Assembly: GCA_002427505.1 (NCBI GenBank)
Contig: DIRJ01000038.1
Span: 45,659-109,658 of the forward strand
Direction: 5' to 3'
Source: Mageeibacillus sp. UBA5439
Lineage (GTDB): Bacteria; Bacillota; Clostridia; Saccharofermentanales; DTU023
Length of the DNA stretch: 64,000 bases
The translations under genes and the position numbers were made by a program. A model generated the notes under the pieces. The model was not told the DNA's origin and searched no databases. It saw only the letters and a list, made by a program, of their open reading frames with translations. This document shows, in pieces, positions 8,970 through 17,221 of the stretch; positions within the stretch are counted from its first letter, which is position 1, and each line of letters begins with the position of its first letter.

Positions 8970-11468
8970 TTAAGCTTCGCTCGGATCCACTTCTTCTTCG
9001 GCGGTCTCTTCGACGACTTCCTCGACAGGCGCTTCGACGACTTCCTCGACAGGTGCTTCGATTGTTTCTTCAGCGGTCTCTTCGGCTGCTTCTTCCGTCA
9101 GATCTGTTACAGGCTCTTTCTTTGCTTCAGCTTTGTCAGCTTTTTCTTCGGCAGCCTCTTCTTTGAAGCTGTCAATAAAGTCTGAACCCTCTTTAGTAAC
9201 CGCGGTGAAATCAGCAAGCTGCGATATGGAAGATGAAGCGGGGCGATCAACATAGGTTGTCGGCAGCTCATTGGAACTTTCCTGACGCTTGCCCCGGCGA
9301 CGAGCTGGACGTTGTTCCTTGCGTTCTTCAGCACGTTTGACAACTTCGGAATCAGGATCCGGATTGATCGGCTCGACTTCGCGTATGCTGACGCTGATAC
9401 GGCGAGTTTCATCGGAAACCTCGACTACACGAGCATCAACTTCCATACCTTCATCGAGAACTTCATTAGGTGTGTTCAATCTGTAATCCGATATCTGCGA
9501 AATATGACAAAGGGCATCCACCCCAGGCGCGATATTGATGAAAGCACCAAAGGGGAACATGCGCACAACAACTCCGCGAACGATCATCCCCAGCGGGAAA
9601 CGTTCTTCGATACTGGCATACGGATCATCCTCTTTTTTGCGGTAGCCAAGTGAGATACGCTTTCTCTCACGATCAAAGTCTATAACGTGTACTTCAATAA
9701 CATCATCAACCGATAAGACATCGGATGGATGGCGTACACGCTGCCACGATAGTTCGCTGATGTGCACGAGTCCGTCCACGCCACCGATATCAACAAAAGC
9801 GCCAAAATTGGTAAGATTGCGGACAACGCCCTGATATACTTCACCAACTTCCATGGTATCCCATATTTCACGCGCTTTGTCACGCCGTTCACGTTGTAAG
9901 AGAGAGCGGCGCGATCCTGAAACACGCAAGCGTCTGCGATTTGGATCAAATTGGGTTACTAAGATATCAAAGGTCTTATCCATGTAGGGTTCCAGATCTT
10001 CAACGCGGCTGAGTTCCAGCTGAGTGCGATGAATGTAGATGTTGATGCTGCCATAGGCTGCGATCACACCGTCCCTGACAATTTTAACTACTTTTACTGT
10101 TACAGGTCTTTTTTCTTCAAATGCTGCTTCTACTTGTTCCTTGTGTTTAACAAAGTCAACACGAGCCTTCGATAAATTAATTTCTTTGCCCATGTCTGAG
10201 CTACGGATATTCCGCACATAGACATCAAGTTCCATGTGTTCTTGACACGCTTGTTCCAGATCGATATCGGGGTCGGCTTCAAACTCGCGGATCGGTATCC
10301 TTCCTTCTGTTTTATCCCTCACGTCGACGTAGACAAATTCATCGTCGTACCGAACAATTCTTCCCTTTACAATACTGCCTTTTTTCAATTCAGGAATACT
10401 GTCGATAAACTGTGTGAAGTCCACTTCAGGCTGCTCATCAGGCTGTTCTGGAGTTTCCTCCTGGGTTTCTTCAATTAGCTGCTCTGTCGTTTGCTCAAGC
10501 TCTTCTTCAGGCTGCTCTTGCCGCTCTTCGGGCTGCGCTAGCTGCTCTTCCGGCTGCGCTAGCTGCTCTTCCGGCTGCTCTTGAAGTACTTCCAGAGGCT
10601 GCTCTTCATTAATCAAGCCTTCTTTTTCCGTCATGTTTTGGATAACCTCCCTGATCATCTCTTCTGGTGTTGAGGCTCCGGCAGTGATGCCAATCCTCTC
10701 TGAACTCAAAACCTTTTCATATACGTCAAAAGGAATTTGGTCCGGCCTATCTATCCAATATGTGTTTTCACAATGCTCGCAACATATCTCATACAGTTTA
10801 GCAGTATTTGAGCTGTTGCGACCGCCCAATACAATCATGAGATCAGAATTTGCTGCAAGTGAAGACGCATCAGACTGCCTACGATCAGTCGTGACACATA
10901 TTGTATCAAAAATATCATAATTAGCAATTTTTTTCTGCAAAAGCTCACAAATCTCGCGCCATTTGTCAACAGAAAAGGTCGTTTGTGAGACTACAATCCA
11001 CTTTTTATCAGAAAACTCATACTTTTCAGCATCTTCCGCAGTTTCAAGAATAATTACTTCAGCCTCACCCGCATATCCGACTACACCCTGGACCTCAGGA
11101 TGATCACCGGTACCGGTAATAATGATGCCACTGCCTTCAGCGGCAGCATCTCTGACGATTTTCTGAATTTTCTTTACGAAAGGGCAGGTTTCATCGATGA
11201 TAGTACAGGAACGTTCCAATAGAGCCTGCTCAATTTCCGGAGAAATGCCATGAGCCCGAATCAGGACTCGTGAACCTGCTTCAATCTCATCGACAGAATT
11301 TGCCAGAATAACGCCTCGTTCAAGCAGGTCATCGACAACTGATTCGTTGTGAACAATAGCCCCCAGCATGTATAGAGGGCTAGAGTCCTCTTGCGCGGCT
11401 GCTTTGACAGCAGATTTGACAGCAATATTTACGCCGGGGCAAAATCCGGCGTTATCAGAAACTATAAT
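8970..11468 (-). CDS. ispH: bifunctional 4-hydroxy-3-methylbut-2-enyl diphosphate reductase (IspH/LytB) / ribosomal protein S1-domain fusion
   Basis: The N-terminal half is IspH-like and the C-terminal half holds four S1 domains (GxVxxxxxFGAFV-type). The track ORF starts at ATG 11369. The same frame stays open to 11501 and encodes KKKIIVSDNAGFCPGVNIAVKSAV, the conserved IspH N-terminus including the first Fe-S cysteine. The 5' end given here is the ATT at 11468-11466 and is uncertain. Confidence 0.85.
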   Translation of the reverse strand: MIVSDNAGFCPGVNIAVKSAVKAAAQEDSSPLYMLGAIVHNESVVDDLLERGVILANSVDEIEAGSRVLIRAHGISPEIEQALLERSCTIIDETCPFVKKIQKIVRDAAAEGSGIIITGTGDHPEVQGVVGYAGEAEVIILETAEDAEKYEFSDKKWIVVSQTTFSVDKWREICELLQKKIANYDIFDTICVTTDRRQSDASSLAANSDLMIVLGGRNSSNTAKLYEICCEHCENTYWIDRPDQIPFDVYEKVLSSERIGITAGASTPEEMIREVIQNMTEKEGLINEEQPLEVLQEQPEEQLAQPEEQLAQPEERQEQPEEELEQTTEQLIEETQEETPEQPDEQPEVDFTQFIDSIPELKKGSIVKGRIVRYDDEFVYVDVRDKTEGRIPIREFEADPDIDLEQACQEHMELDVYVRNIRSSDMGKEINLSKARVDFVKHKEQVEAAFEEKRPVTVKVVKIVRDGVIAAYGSINIYIHRTQLELSRVEDLEPYMDKTFDILVTQFDPNRRRLRVSGSRRSLLQRERRDKAREIWDTMEVGEVYQGVVRNLTNFGAFVDIGGVDGLVHISELSWQRVRHPSDVLSVDDVIEVHVIDFDRERKRISLGYRKKEDDPYASIEERFPLGMIVRGVVVRMFPFGAFINIAPGVDALCHISQISDYRLNTPNEVLDEGMEVDARVVEVSDETRRISVSIREVEPINPDPDSEVVKRAEERKEQRPARRRGKRQESSNELPTTYVDRPASSSISQLADFTAVTKEGSDFIDSFKEEAAEEKADKAEAKKEPVTDLTEEAAEETAEETIEAPVEEVVEAPVEEVVEETAEEEVDPSEA
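9008..9055 (-). repeat. in-frame 24-bp tandem repeat (2 copies, 23/24 identical) in the acidic C-terminal tail of IspH-S1
   Basis: cttcgacgacttcctcgacaggcg followed by cttcgacgacttcctcgacaggtg. Encodes APVEEVVE x2. Confidence 0.9.
10531..10572 (-). repeat. in-frame perfect 21-bp tandem repeat in the IspH-S1 interdomain linker
   Basis: ggctgcgctagctgctcttcc x2, flanked by degenerate copies. Encodes PEEQLAQ repeats inside EQPEEQLAQPEEQLAQPEERQEQPEEELEQ. Confidence 0.9.
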
Positions 11469-11493
11469 CTTCTTCTTGCTAGTATCCTTCTGA

Positions 11494-12282
11494 TTAATTT
11501 TCTATATCCGCTTCATTGCTAATTTCTTCTATATTCTCCCACAAATTGTGCTCATCGTCCAGTACCCTTACTTCGACCATTTCCTGCATAACCCGCTTAC
11601 ACTTCTCAGCCTCAGGATTATAATATTTTTGATCGCCCATTTTGTAGACACGCCGCATCAGTTCGTTGGATATAGCCAGGCTGCTTTGTTTATCAAGCTT
11701 CTTCCCTTCGCGCAAGCTGAGCAGAACAGTCGGACCGATCACAACCTTGGGTCTGCTGAAGAGGTATTTCTTGCCCGTAACTGAGCAAAGCTGAATCGGA
11801 ATGCCTTTTTTAATGGCCAGTTGTATCGTCGTCGACTTGGGTGGATTAGCTACTGCATTTCCGCCCAGTGTGACGCCGCCTTCAATAAAAATGCCCACAA
11901 TATGCTCATTTATCAGTTCGTTAATGATTCGCTTGGCTGCCTGAATGTCGTTTGCTTCCCGGTCAATCGGAAATATATCAAAACTTTTTAAGAAATACGT
12001 CGCTATTGGAATATTAAATAGAGACTCTTTGGCCAGCCAATGTAAATGCGGAGAACGATATCTGATGTAAATTAAAGCAGGATCCAGGATGCTGTTATGG
12101 TTGCAGATCAGCATCATTGGCCCTTTGCGTCCCTTAGTTTTACTGGAGATAATCACCCGGGGCAAGAAGACCAAATGCAGGATCGGCACAGCAATCAGCA
12201 TAAAGACAGCGCGCCTGACAGGATGCTTTGAAGCGGGTATATAGTTTTTCCCCTTGGGGGTTTCAGTCTCTGTCCGGAACAT
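11494..12282 (-). CDS. plsC: 1-acyl-sn-glycerol-3-phosphate acyltransferase family protein
   Basis: HX4D acyltransferase motif CNHNSILD and a later IFIEGG block. Sits in the cmk-plsC-ispH context. Its start overlaps the upstream gene end by 20 nt. Confidence 0.8.
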   Translation of the reverse strand: MFRTETETPKGKNYIPASKHPVRRAVFMLIAVPILHLVFLPRVIISSKTKGRKGPMMLICNHNSILDPALIYIRYRSPHLHWLAKESLFNIPIATYFLKSFDIFPIDREANDIQAAKRIINELINEHIVGIFIEGGVTLGGNAVANPPKSTTIQLAIKKGIPIQLCSVTGKKYLFSRPKVVIGPTVLLSLREGKKLDKQSSLAISNELMRRVYKMGDQKYYNPEAEKCKRVMQEMVEVRVLDDEHNLWENIEEISNEADIEN

Positions 12283-13588
12283 TTAAATTCACATTCGCCC
12301 TTTTTTTAACCAGGTCCAGCATTTCTTCAACTAAATCATCGACAGAGCGTCCGCTTGTATCAATCAAGATCGCATCCTCTGCTTGTTTTGTCGGAGCTAA
12401 GGCACGGTTGCTGTCATTATAATCACGTTGTTGCATGTCCAGCAAGACATCTTCATAATTGCCGTTCTCACCTTTTTGCAGCATTTCCTCATAACGTCTC
12501 CTGGCCCTTATTTCCAGACTTGCTGTCACGAAAAATTTCACAGTTGCCTGGGGCAGCACGTAAGTCCCGATATCCCGTCCATCCAGAACTAAAGACTGGC
12601 GGTCTGCCAGTGCCCGCTGCAGGTCCACACAAAAGTGACGGCAGACGCTGAGCGCGCTGATATCGGAAGCCGCCTGAGATACAGCCGGAGTTCTTATGTC
12701 CTGAGTGAACTCGATGCCATCAACAAAAGTACGCTGTCCGTCAGGAGCAAGTCCTACATCAAGATCCGTAGCGGCCAGCATTTGCTGAATCTCTGCTTCA
12801 TCGGCCGGATTCAAACCCTGACGGAGGGCTTTTAAAGCCAAAGCGCGATACATGGCTCCCGTATCTAAAAATAAAATGGAGAGTCGTGATGCTAATTCTC
12901 TGGCCAGGGTGCTCTTACCTGCTCCAGAGGGTCCGTCTATCGCAATAACAAGAGTTTCCTTCACATCATGGTCCTCCGTCTCTTCCAGTTTCCGATCTGA
13001 ATTTTCCTCAGATAATTTTTTCAATTTACGCTCTGTTTCCTCATCTGCGTATTCACTTACCTCGTCATACATAAGCAGGTCCACTGCTTCCAGGTCCTGA
13101 GTGGATTTCAGGCCGAAGTCTGCCAGAAACAGTTCGCTTACATAAAGTAATCCGGGTCTGCCCGGAACGTCCAGCGTCCCTCTTTGTTCAACTAAACCGC
13201 GTTCAATCAGGCGCGAAACAATGCTGTCACTGTTCACACCTCGCACCATCTCTATTTCCGATCTGGTGACCGGCTCGCTATAGGCTATAACTGCCAGCAC
13301 TTCGTATGACGCCTGAGACAGATCCTGCCGGTTCCTGGGGTCAAACAGAAGGGACAGGCTCTCACCAAGCTCCGCTTTGGTAGAGAGAGCAACTTTGTCG
13401 TTGATTTCACTTAAACGCAAAGCTGAGTGCACGTCAATCTGATAACGCCGCTTCAACTGATCCAGAAGCAAATCCAGCCTTTGGGTGCTTAGATCCATCA
13501 GGTCTGCCAGCTTCGTTTTCTCAATCGGATCCCCTGCAGCGAATAAAAACGCCTCCAGCAGGACCAGAGCTTCAACATCGCTCAACAT
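12263..13588 (-). CDS. ScpB (segregation and condensation protein B) fused in-frame to cytidylate kinase
   Basis: Aa 1 to about 185 are ScpB-like (LLEAFLFAAGDP..., SQASYEVLAVIAYSEPVTRSEIEMVRGV). An acidic linker follows. From about aa 223 it is Cmk-like (IAIDGPSGAGKSTLARELA, LDTGAMYRA). Single uninterrupted ORF. Confidence 0.85.
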   Translation of the reverse strand: MLSDVEALVLLEAFLFAAGDPIEKTKLADLMDLSTQRLDLLLDQLKRRYQIDVHSALRLSEINDKVALSTKAELGESLSLLFDPRNRQDLSQASYEVLAVIAYSEPVTRSEIEMVRGVNSDSIVSRLIERGLVEQRGTLDVPGRPGLLYVSELFLADFGLKSTQDLEAVDLLMYDEVSEYADEETERKLKKLSEENSDRKLEETEDHDVKETLVIAIDGPSGAGKSTLARELASRLSILFLDTGAMYRALALKALRQGLNPADEAEIQQMLAATDLDVGLAPDGQRTFVDGIEFTQDIRTPAVSQAASDISALSVCRHFCVDLQRALADRQSLVLDGRDIGTYVLPQATVKFFVTASLEIRARRRYEEMLQKGENGNYEDVLLDMQQRDYNDSNRALAPTKQAEDAILIDTSGRSVDDLVEEMLDLVKKRANVNLNVPDRD

Positions 13589-14361
13589 ACAGCCTTCTCC
13601 TTAGCTTCTATATAAATCGGCGAAAATACTGATCTTTGCTTTGCAGTGATCTGATTTCGCCGCAGCAGTTCAAGGACAGCCAGAAAACCTGCTATGCGTG
13701 TTTCCTTGGACTGTTCAGGCGGAAATAGTTCATAAAAGAAAAAGCGGGGTTTTTCATTCAGCTTATCTATGAGCTCATTCATGCAGGAATTAACTGAAAT
13801 TCTTTCCCGCTGCAATATTTGCTGCATGGTACTTTTACTGGACTGAAAGCGGGCTGTATTACGGTTGACAATCGTGTCAACCGCTTCAGCAAAGCGATCA
13901 ATATTCAGTTTCTGCCTTCTTGTTTCTTTCTTTATACCCAGACGCTGGGGTGATTCTTCAGGCTTATAATAAGTCAGGGCATAGATTTCGCGCCGCTCCT
14001 TTAATTGCATGGCAATCATGCGGCAGCGTCTGTAGCGTAGAAGTTGAAAGATTAATTCGCTGCTGGGATCAAACTCAGTTGCTGTTTCTGTTTCCATTTT
14101 GGAAGACGGCAGCAGCAGACTCGATTTGATCTGTATCAGCGTAGCTGCCATGAGCAGAAAAGAGCTGACCAGATCCATGTCAAAAGCAGGCATTTTTTTG
14201 ATTATCTCTAAATACTGATCTGTAATTGATGCGATCGAAACTTTATCTAAAGCCACATTGCCGCGCTCCAATAAATGGTCCAGAAGCGCCAGCGGACTCT
14301 CGAAAGAGTCCACATTTATATCCGGCTCCCTACTGTCAGTTTCTAGTATCTCATTCGCCAT
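13582..14361 (-). CDS. scpA: segregation and condensation protein A
   Basis: 259 aa kleisin-like protein with FESPLALLDHLL at the N-terminus. Overlaps the scpB start by 7 nt. Confidence 0.85.
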   Translation of the reverse strand: MANEILETDSREPDINVDSFESPLALLDHLLERGNVALDKVSIASITDQYLEIIKKMPAFDMDLVSSFLLMAATLIQIKSSLLLPSSKMETETATEFDPSSELIFQLLRYRRCRMIAMQLKERREIYALTYYKPEESPQRLGIKKETRRQKLNIDRFAEAVDTIVNRNTARFQSSKSTMQQILQRERISVNSCMNELIDKLNEKPRFFFYELFPPEQSKETRIAGFLAVLELLRRNQITAKQRSVFSPIYIEAKEKAVC

Positions 14362-14371
14362 AATAACCGTT

Positions 14372-15088
14372 TTAAAAAACCATAGGCGGCAAGCCCAGTG
14401 CTATCTGGATCTTTTGGAAGATCCAGCTGATCGGTTGTCTGATAATGTAATCAAAAGGAAGCTGAACCCAGTTTAAAACCGTGGAAAGCGCTCCGCGAAA
14501 AAATACCACGATCACAACGAAAACCAAGCCGATGATTCGCTCCTTCTGCATAATTTTATAGTAAAGGTCCGCGGGCAGGAGGGCACCAAATATCTTATAG
14601 CCATCCAAAGGCGGCACCGGCAGCAGGTTAAATACTGCCAGCCAAATATTTACTACGTATAAGTTAAAAAACAGTTTCATGAACACATGTACAACTGAAC
14701 TGCCGGCCCAGCCAAAAGCCACGGCCACAGTATACAGAAGACAATAGAGAAAGCAGGAGATCGCACTTAAAATCACATTGGACAGGGGTCCCCATAAACT
14801 TGTGTAGACCATGCCCTGTCGAGTTGATTTTGCCTTTGTGAAGCGTGCAGGGTTGATCGGTACCGGCTTTGCATAGCCAATCCCCAGAATTAAAAACATC
14901 AAAAATCCGATCGGATCAATATGTTTTAGCGGATTCAGGGTCAACCGGCCACTTAAGGCAGCAGTATCATCACCCATACGGAAGGCGGCATAGGCATGCG
15001 ACGCTTCGTGTACTGAAATCGACAGGCTTAGAACCAGAATCGTTATCAGCAGGTTAATAACATCAATTCCACCAAATATATCTAACAG
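14372..15088 (-). CDS. site-2 protease family (M50) membrane metalloprotease
   Basis: The track ORF begins at ATG 14977 (MGDDTAALSGRLTLNPLKHIDP). The frame is open upstream and encodes ...LVLSLSISVHEASHAYAAFR, the HExxH zinc motif. I set the 5' end at CTG 15088-15086, which lies 6 nt after a GAGGT Shine-Dalgarno. The start codon is uncertain. Confidence 0.8.
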   Translation of the reverse strand: MLDIFGGIDVINLLITILVLSLSISVHEASHAYAAFRMGDDTAALSGRLTLNPLKHIDPIGFLMFLILGIGYAKPVPINPARFTKAKSTRQGMVYTSLWGPLSNVILSAISCFLYCLLYTVAVAFGWAGSSVVHVFMKLFFNLYVVNIWLAVFNLLPVPPLDGYKIFGALLPADLYYKIMQKERIIGLVFVVIVVFFRGALSTVLNWVQLPFDYIIRQPISWIFQKIQIALGLPPMVF

Positions 15089-15118
15089 ATTATTACCTCA
15101 TTTCGCTTTAACTCGTAA

Positions 15119-15127
15119 ATTATAGCA
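15119..15127 (-). promoter_or_regulatory. candidate extended -10 promoter element (TGCTATAAT) for the M50-scpA-scpB/cmk... unit
   Basis: The minus strand reads TGCTATAAT about 30 nt upstream of the proposed CTG start. No good -35 seen. Confidence 0.4.
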
Positions 15128-15177
15128 TAGCTATTCAATTTCAAAACGCTTTCAGAAAAGCTGAATTGTTGTATTAG

Positions 15178-16809
15178 TTATGGTTCCGTCAGGTAGATAT
15201 CAAGACCATCCGAACTTATCATCTCATCATTGACAGTGACAAACAATGCCTCAACCTGTTCAAAGGAGGATAGGAAGGAATCAATTTCATCAGCCGGAGT
15301 CAGGAACAAGGCAGTTGACAAGGTGTCACCCAGGCTGCCATCCGGGCTGATCACGGTCACCGAACTGTAAATATTTCCCGGGCAGAGTGTCAGCGGATCA
15401 ATAATATGATGATAAGCCACACCCTCATAGTTATAAGTGCGTTCATAGGAGCCGGAAGTGGTCACAGTCATATCCTGAACAGAAAGAACTTCAATTATAC
15501 CGTTTTCCTGTTCCGGATCCGGATTTTTCACACCCACTTTCCACTTGCTATTTTTAAAATTATTCTGTCCCCCCGCATAAATATTGCCCCCCAGGTCCAG
15601 CAGAAAATTCTCCGCTCCGGCCTGTTTGAGATCTTGAATCAAAAGGTCTAAAGCATATCCTTTGGCGATTGCGCCTACATCTACAGAGGCTTGCGGATCT
15701 TTGATGTAGGCAGTACCGGCCGCATGATCAAGCAGCAGATCATTGATATCACAATGAGCGGCTGCTTCTTTCAGCAGATCATCTGCAGGTATCCGGGCAT
15801 GATCAGGATGGGCCAGAGAATATTGGCGTGCCTCATGCCATAAAGAAGTAACCGCACCTAACATGATGTTGACCCTGCCCTTGGTCAGCTCTGCTGCATC
15901 AATGCCAAGCTGCAGTAAATTCATAGTTTCTTCATCCAGGGCTACCGGTGCAATTCCGGCTTGTTCATTGAGGTCTTTTAAGCTGTTTACCTCCCCTGAG
16001 TCAGCATCGAATATATTGAATTTCTGATCAAACTCCTGCAGACGCTGCTCCAGGATATCGTGCCATTCTTCAAACTGCTCCTCATCATCAGTGTAAACAA
16101 GCAGTCTGCTGACAGTATCCAGATACTGTGTAAACAGAGCTTCCTGTTTCTTCGGCTTCTGATCAGCCGGAGCACAGGAAAAGGAAAATAGCATCAGGGG
16201 AAGCAAAAATACAGCGAGCAGAATATGTGACGAGTGTTTTAGCCATGACTCCAGCGGCCGCTGGGCCGCTTTTAGGATCAGAGAGGAAAGTGTACCCGTA
16301 ACTACAGCCAGTATAAGCAGCAAAGCCACCAGGTAGTTCCAGGAAACCGGCACCTCACTAATCAGGAGGAAGATCAGGAACTGACCCAAATTATGAAACA
16401 AAGCTCCTGTCACCGATAAAATTAACAGTGGCAGTTTTTTCCGGGAAAGCTTCAGCAAAACTATCATCGCCAGCAGAGACAGGACACTGCCGGTTAAAGA
16501 TGTCAGACCTGCCAGAAGACCGCGGGTTAAAAATACATAAAGACTTTTGCCCACTGTTACACAGGCAGCACTGCCATAAGAAAGGTAAAGCAAAGCTGCC
16601 ATTACCGCCACATTCGCCAGTCCATAGCGCATCGGGATCGGGGTTGGCAGAGCCGGCAATAATGATTCAAAAAGACTCAGAGCCAAAGCCATGGCCAAAA
16701 ACAAGGCGCTCAGGACTAATTGCCGTGTTTTCGCTCTTGTATTTACTTTTGAACCGGATTCAGGCAACAGCATCCACTCCTTCAGTTTCTGATCTTCCCT
16801 GCAGCACAA
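15178..16809 (-). CDS. apbE: fusion of a Gx-transporter-family (Hpre_diP_synt_I, ECF-S-like) membrane domain with FAD:protein FMN transferase ApbE
   Basis: The N-terminal about 190 aa are polytopic (LVLSALFLAMALALSLFESLLP..., GLANVAVMAAL). A hydrophobic segment plus Cys follows (LLAVFLLPLMLFSFSCAP). The rest is ApbE-like (GAIAKGYALD, TSGSYER, HHIIDPLT). The start could be ATG 16773 instead. Confidence 0.8.
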   Translation of the reverse strand: MCCREDQKLKEWMLLPESGSKVNTRAKTRQLVLSALFLAMALALSLFESLLPALPTPIPMRYGLANVAVMAALLYLSYGSAACVTVGKSLYVFLTRGLLAGLTSLTGSVLSLLAMIVLLKLSRKKLPLLILSVTGALFHNLGQFLIFLLISEVPVSWNYLVALLLILAVVTGTLSSLILKAAQRPLESWLKHSSHILLAVFLLPLMLFSFSCAPADQKPKKQEALFTQYLDTVSRLLVYTDDEEQFEEWHDILEQRLQEFDQKFNIFDADSGEVNSLKDLNEQAGIAPVALDEETMNLLQLGIDAAELTKGRVNIMLGAVTSLWHEARQYSLAHPDHARIPADDLLKEAAAHCDINDLLLDHAAGTAYIKDPQASVDVGAIAKGYALDLLIQDLKQAGAENFLLDLGGNIYAGGQNNFKNSKWKVGVKNPDPEQENGIIEVLSVQDMTVTTSGSYERTYNYEGVAYHHIIDPLTLCPGNIYSSVTVISPDGSLGDTLSTALFLTPADEIDSFLSSFEQVEALFVTVNDEMISSDGLDIYLTEP

Positions 16810-17179
16810 TTACAAAATTATTAGGCAGGCAGGCTGCAAACTGACCTGCAAATCTGATTCTGCCTGTTTTGACGCAGACTTGATCCGGACAATCAGATCT
16901 TACAATGGCTATTGACCGATCAGGCCATTGCTGAATTTCTATCGCCGGAAGCTGGTCATAGGAAAGAAGCCGGCTTGTCCCCTCCTCCAGAATAAAGCGA
17001 TCAATCACCACGCCTTCGTGATACACCAGCACCTCAATGCTGTCTGCAGGATTCAATAATGGCGGAATCAGCAATAGGGTCAGGGCCGCCACTACTATTA
17101 ATCCTAATAGAATAAAATCACGCGGTCTGGCCCAGGGGCGCTGCTCGCGTGATTTATCGCTTCTTATCTCATTGTTCAT
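16760..17179 (-). CDS. NusG domain II-containing (DUF1312-type) membrane-anchored protein
   Basis: N-terminal TM helix, then SDCPDQVCVKTGRIRFAGQFAACLPNNFVIVLQG, which matches the CPDxxC...CLPN signature of this family. Confidence 0.75.
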   Translation of the reverse strand: MNNEIRSDKSREQRPWARPRDFILLGLIVVAALTLLLIPPLLNPADSIEVLVYHEGVVIDRFILEEGTSRLLSYDQLPAIEIQQWPDRSIAIVRSDCPDQVCVKTGRIRFAGQFAACLPNNFVIVLQGRSETEGVDAVA

Positions 17180-17221
17180 TTATTTTCTTACTTACTTTAG
17201 TTATCGACAGACAGAAGCCGG

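Noticed and set aside
15098-15101. Considered ATG at 15101-15099 (minus strand) as the M50 protease start via a frameshift or sequencing indel.
   Set aside because: That ATG is out of frame and is followed immediately by AGG TAA TAA, so a single indel would not rescue it. The GAGGT within it is better explained as the SD for the downstream CTG.
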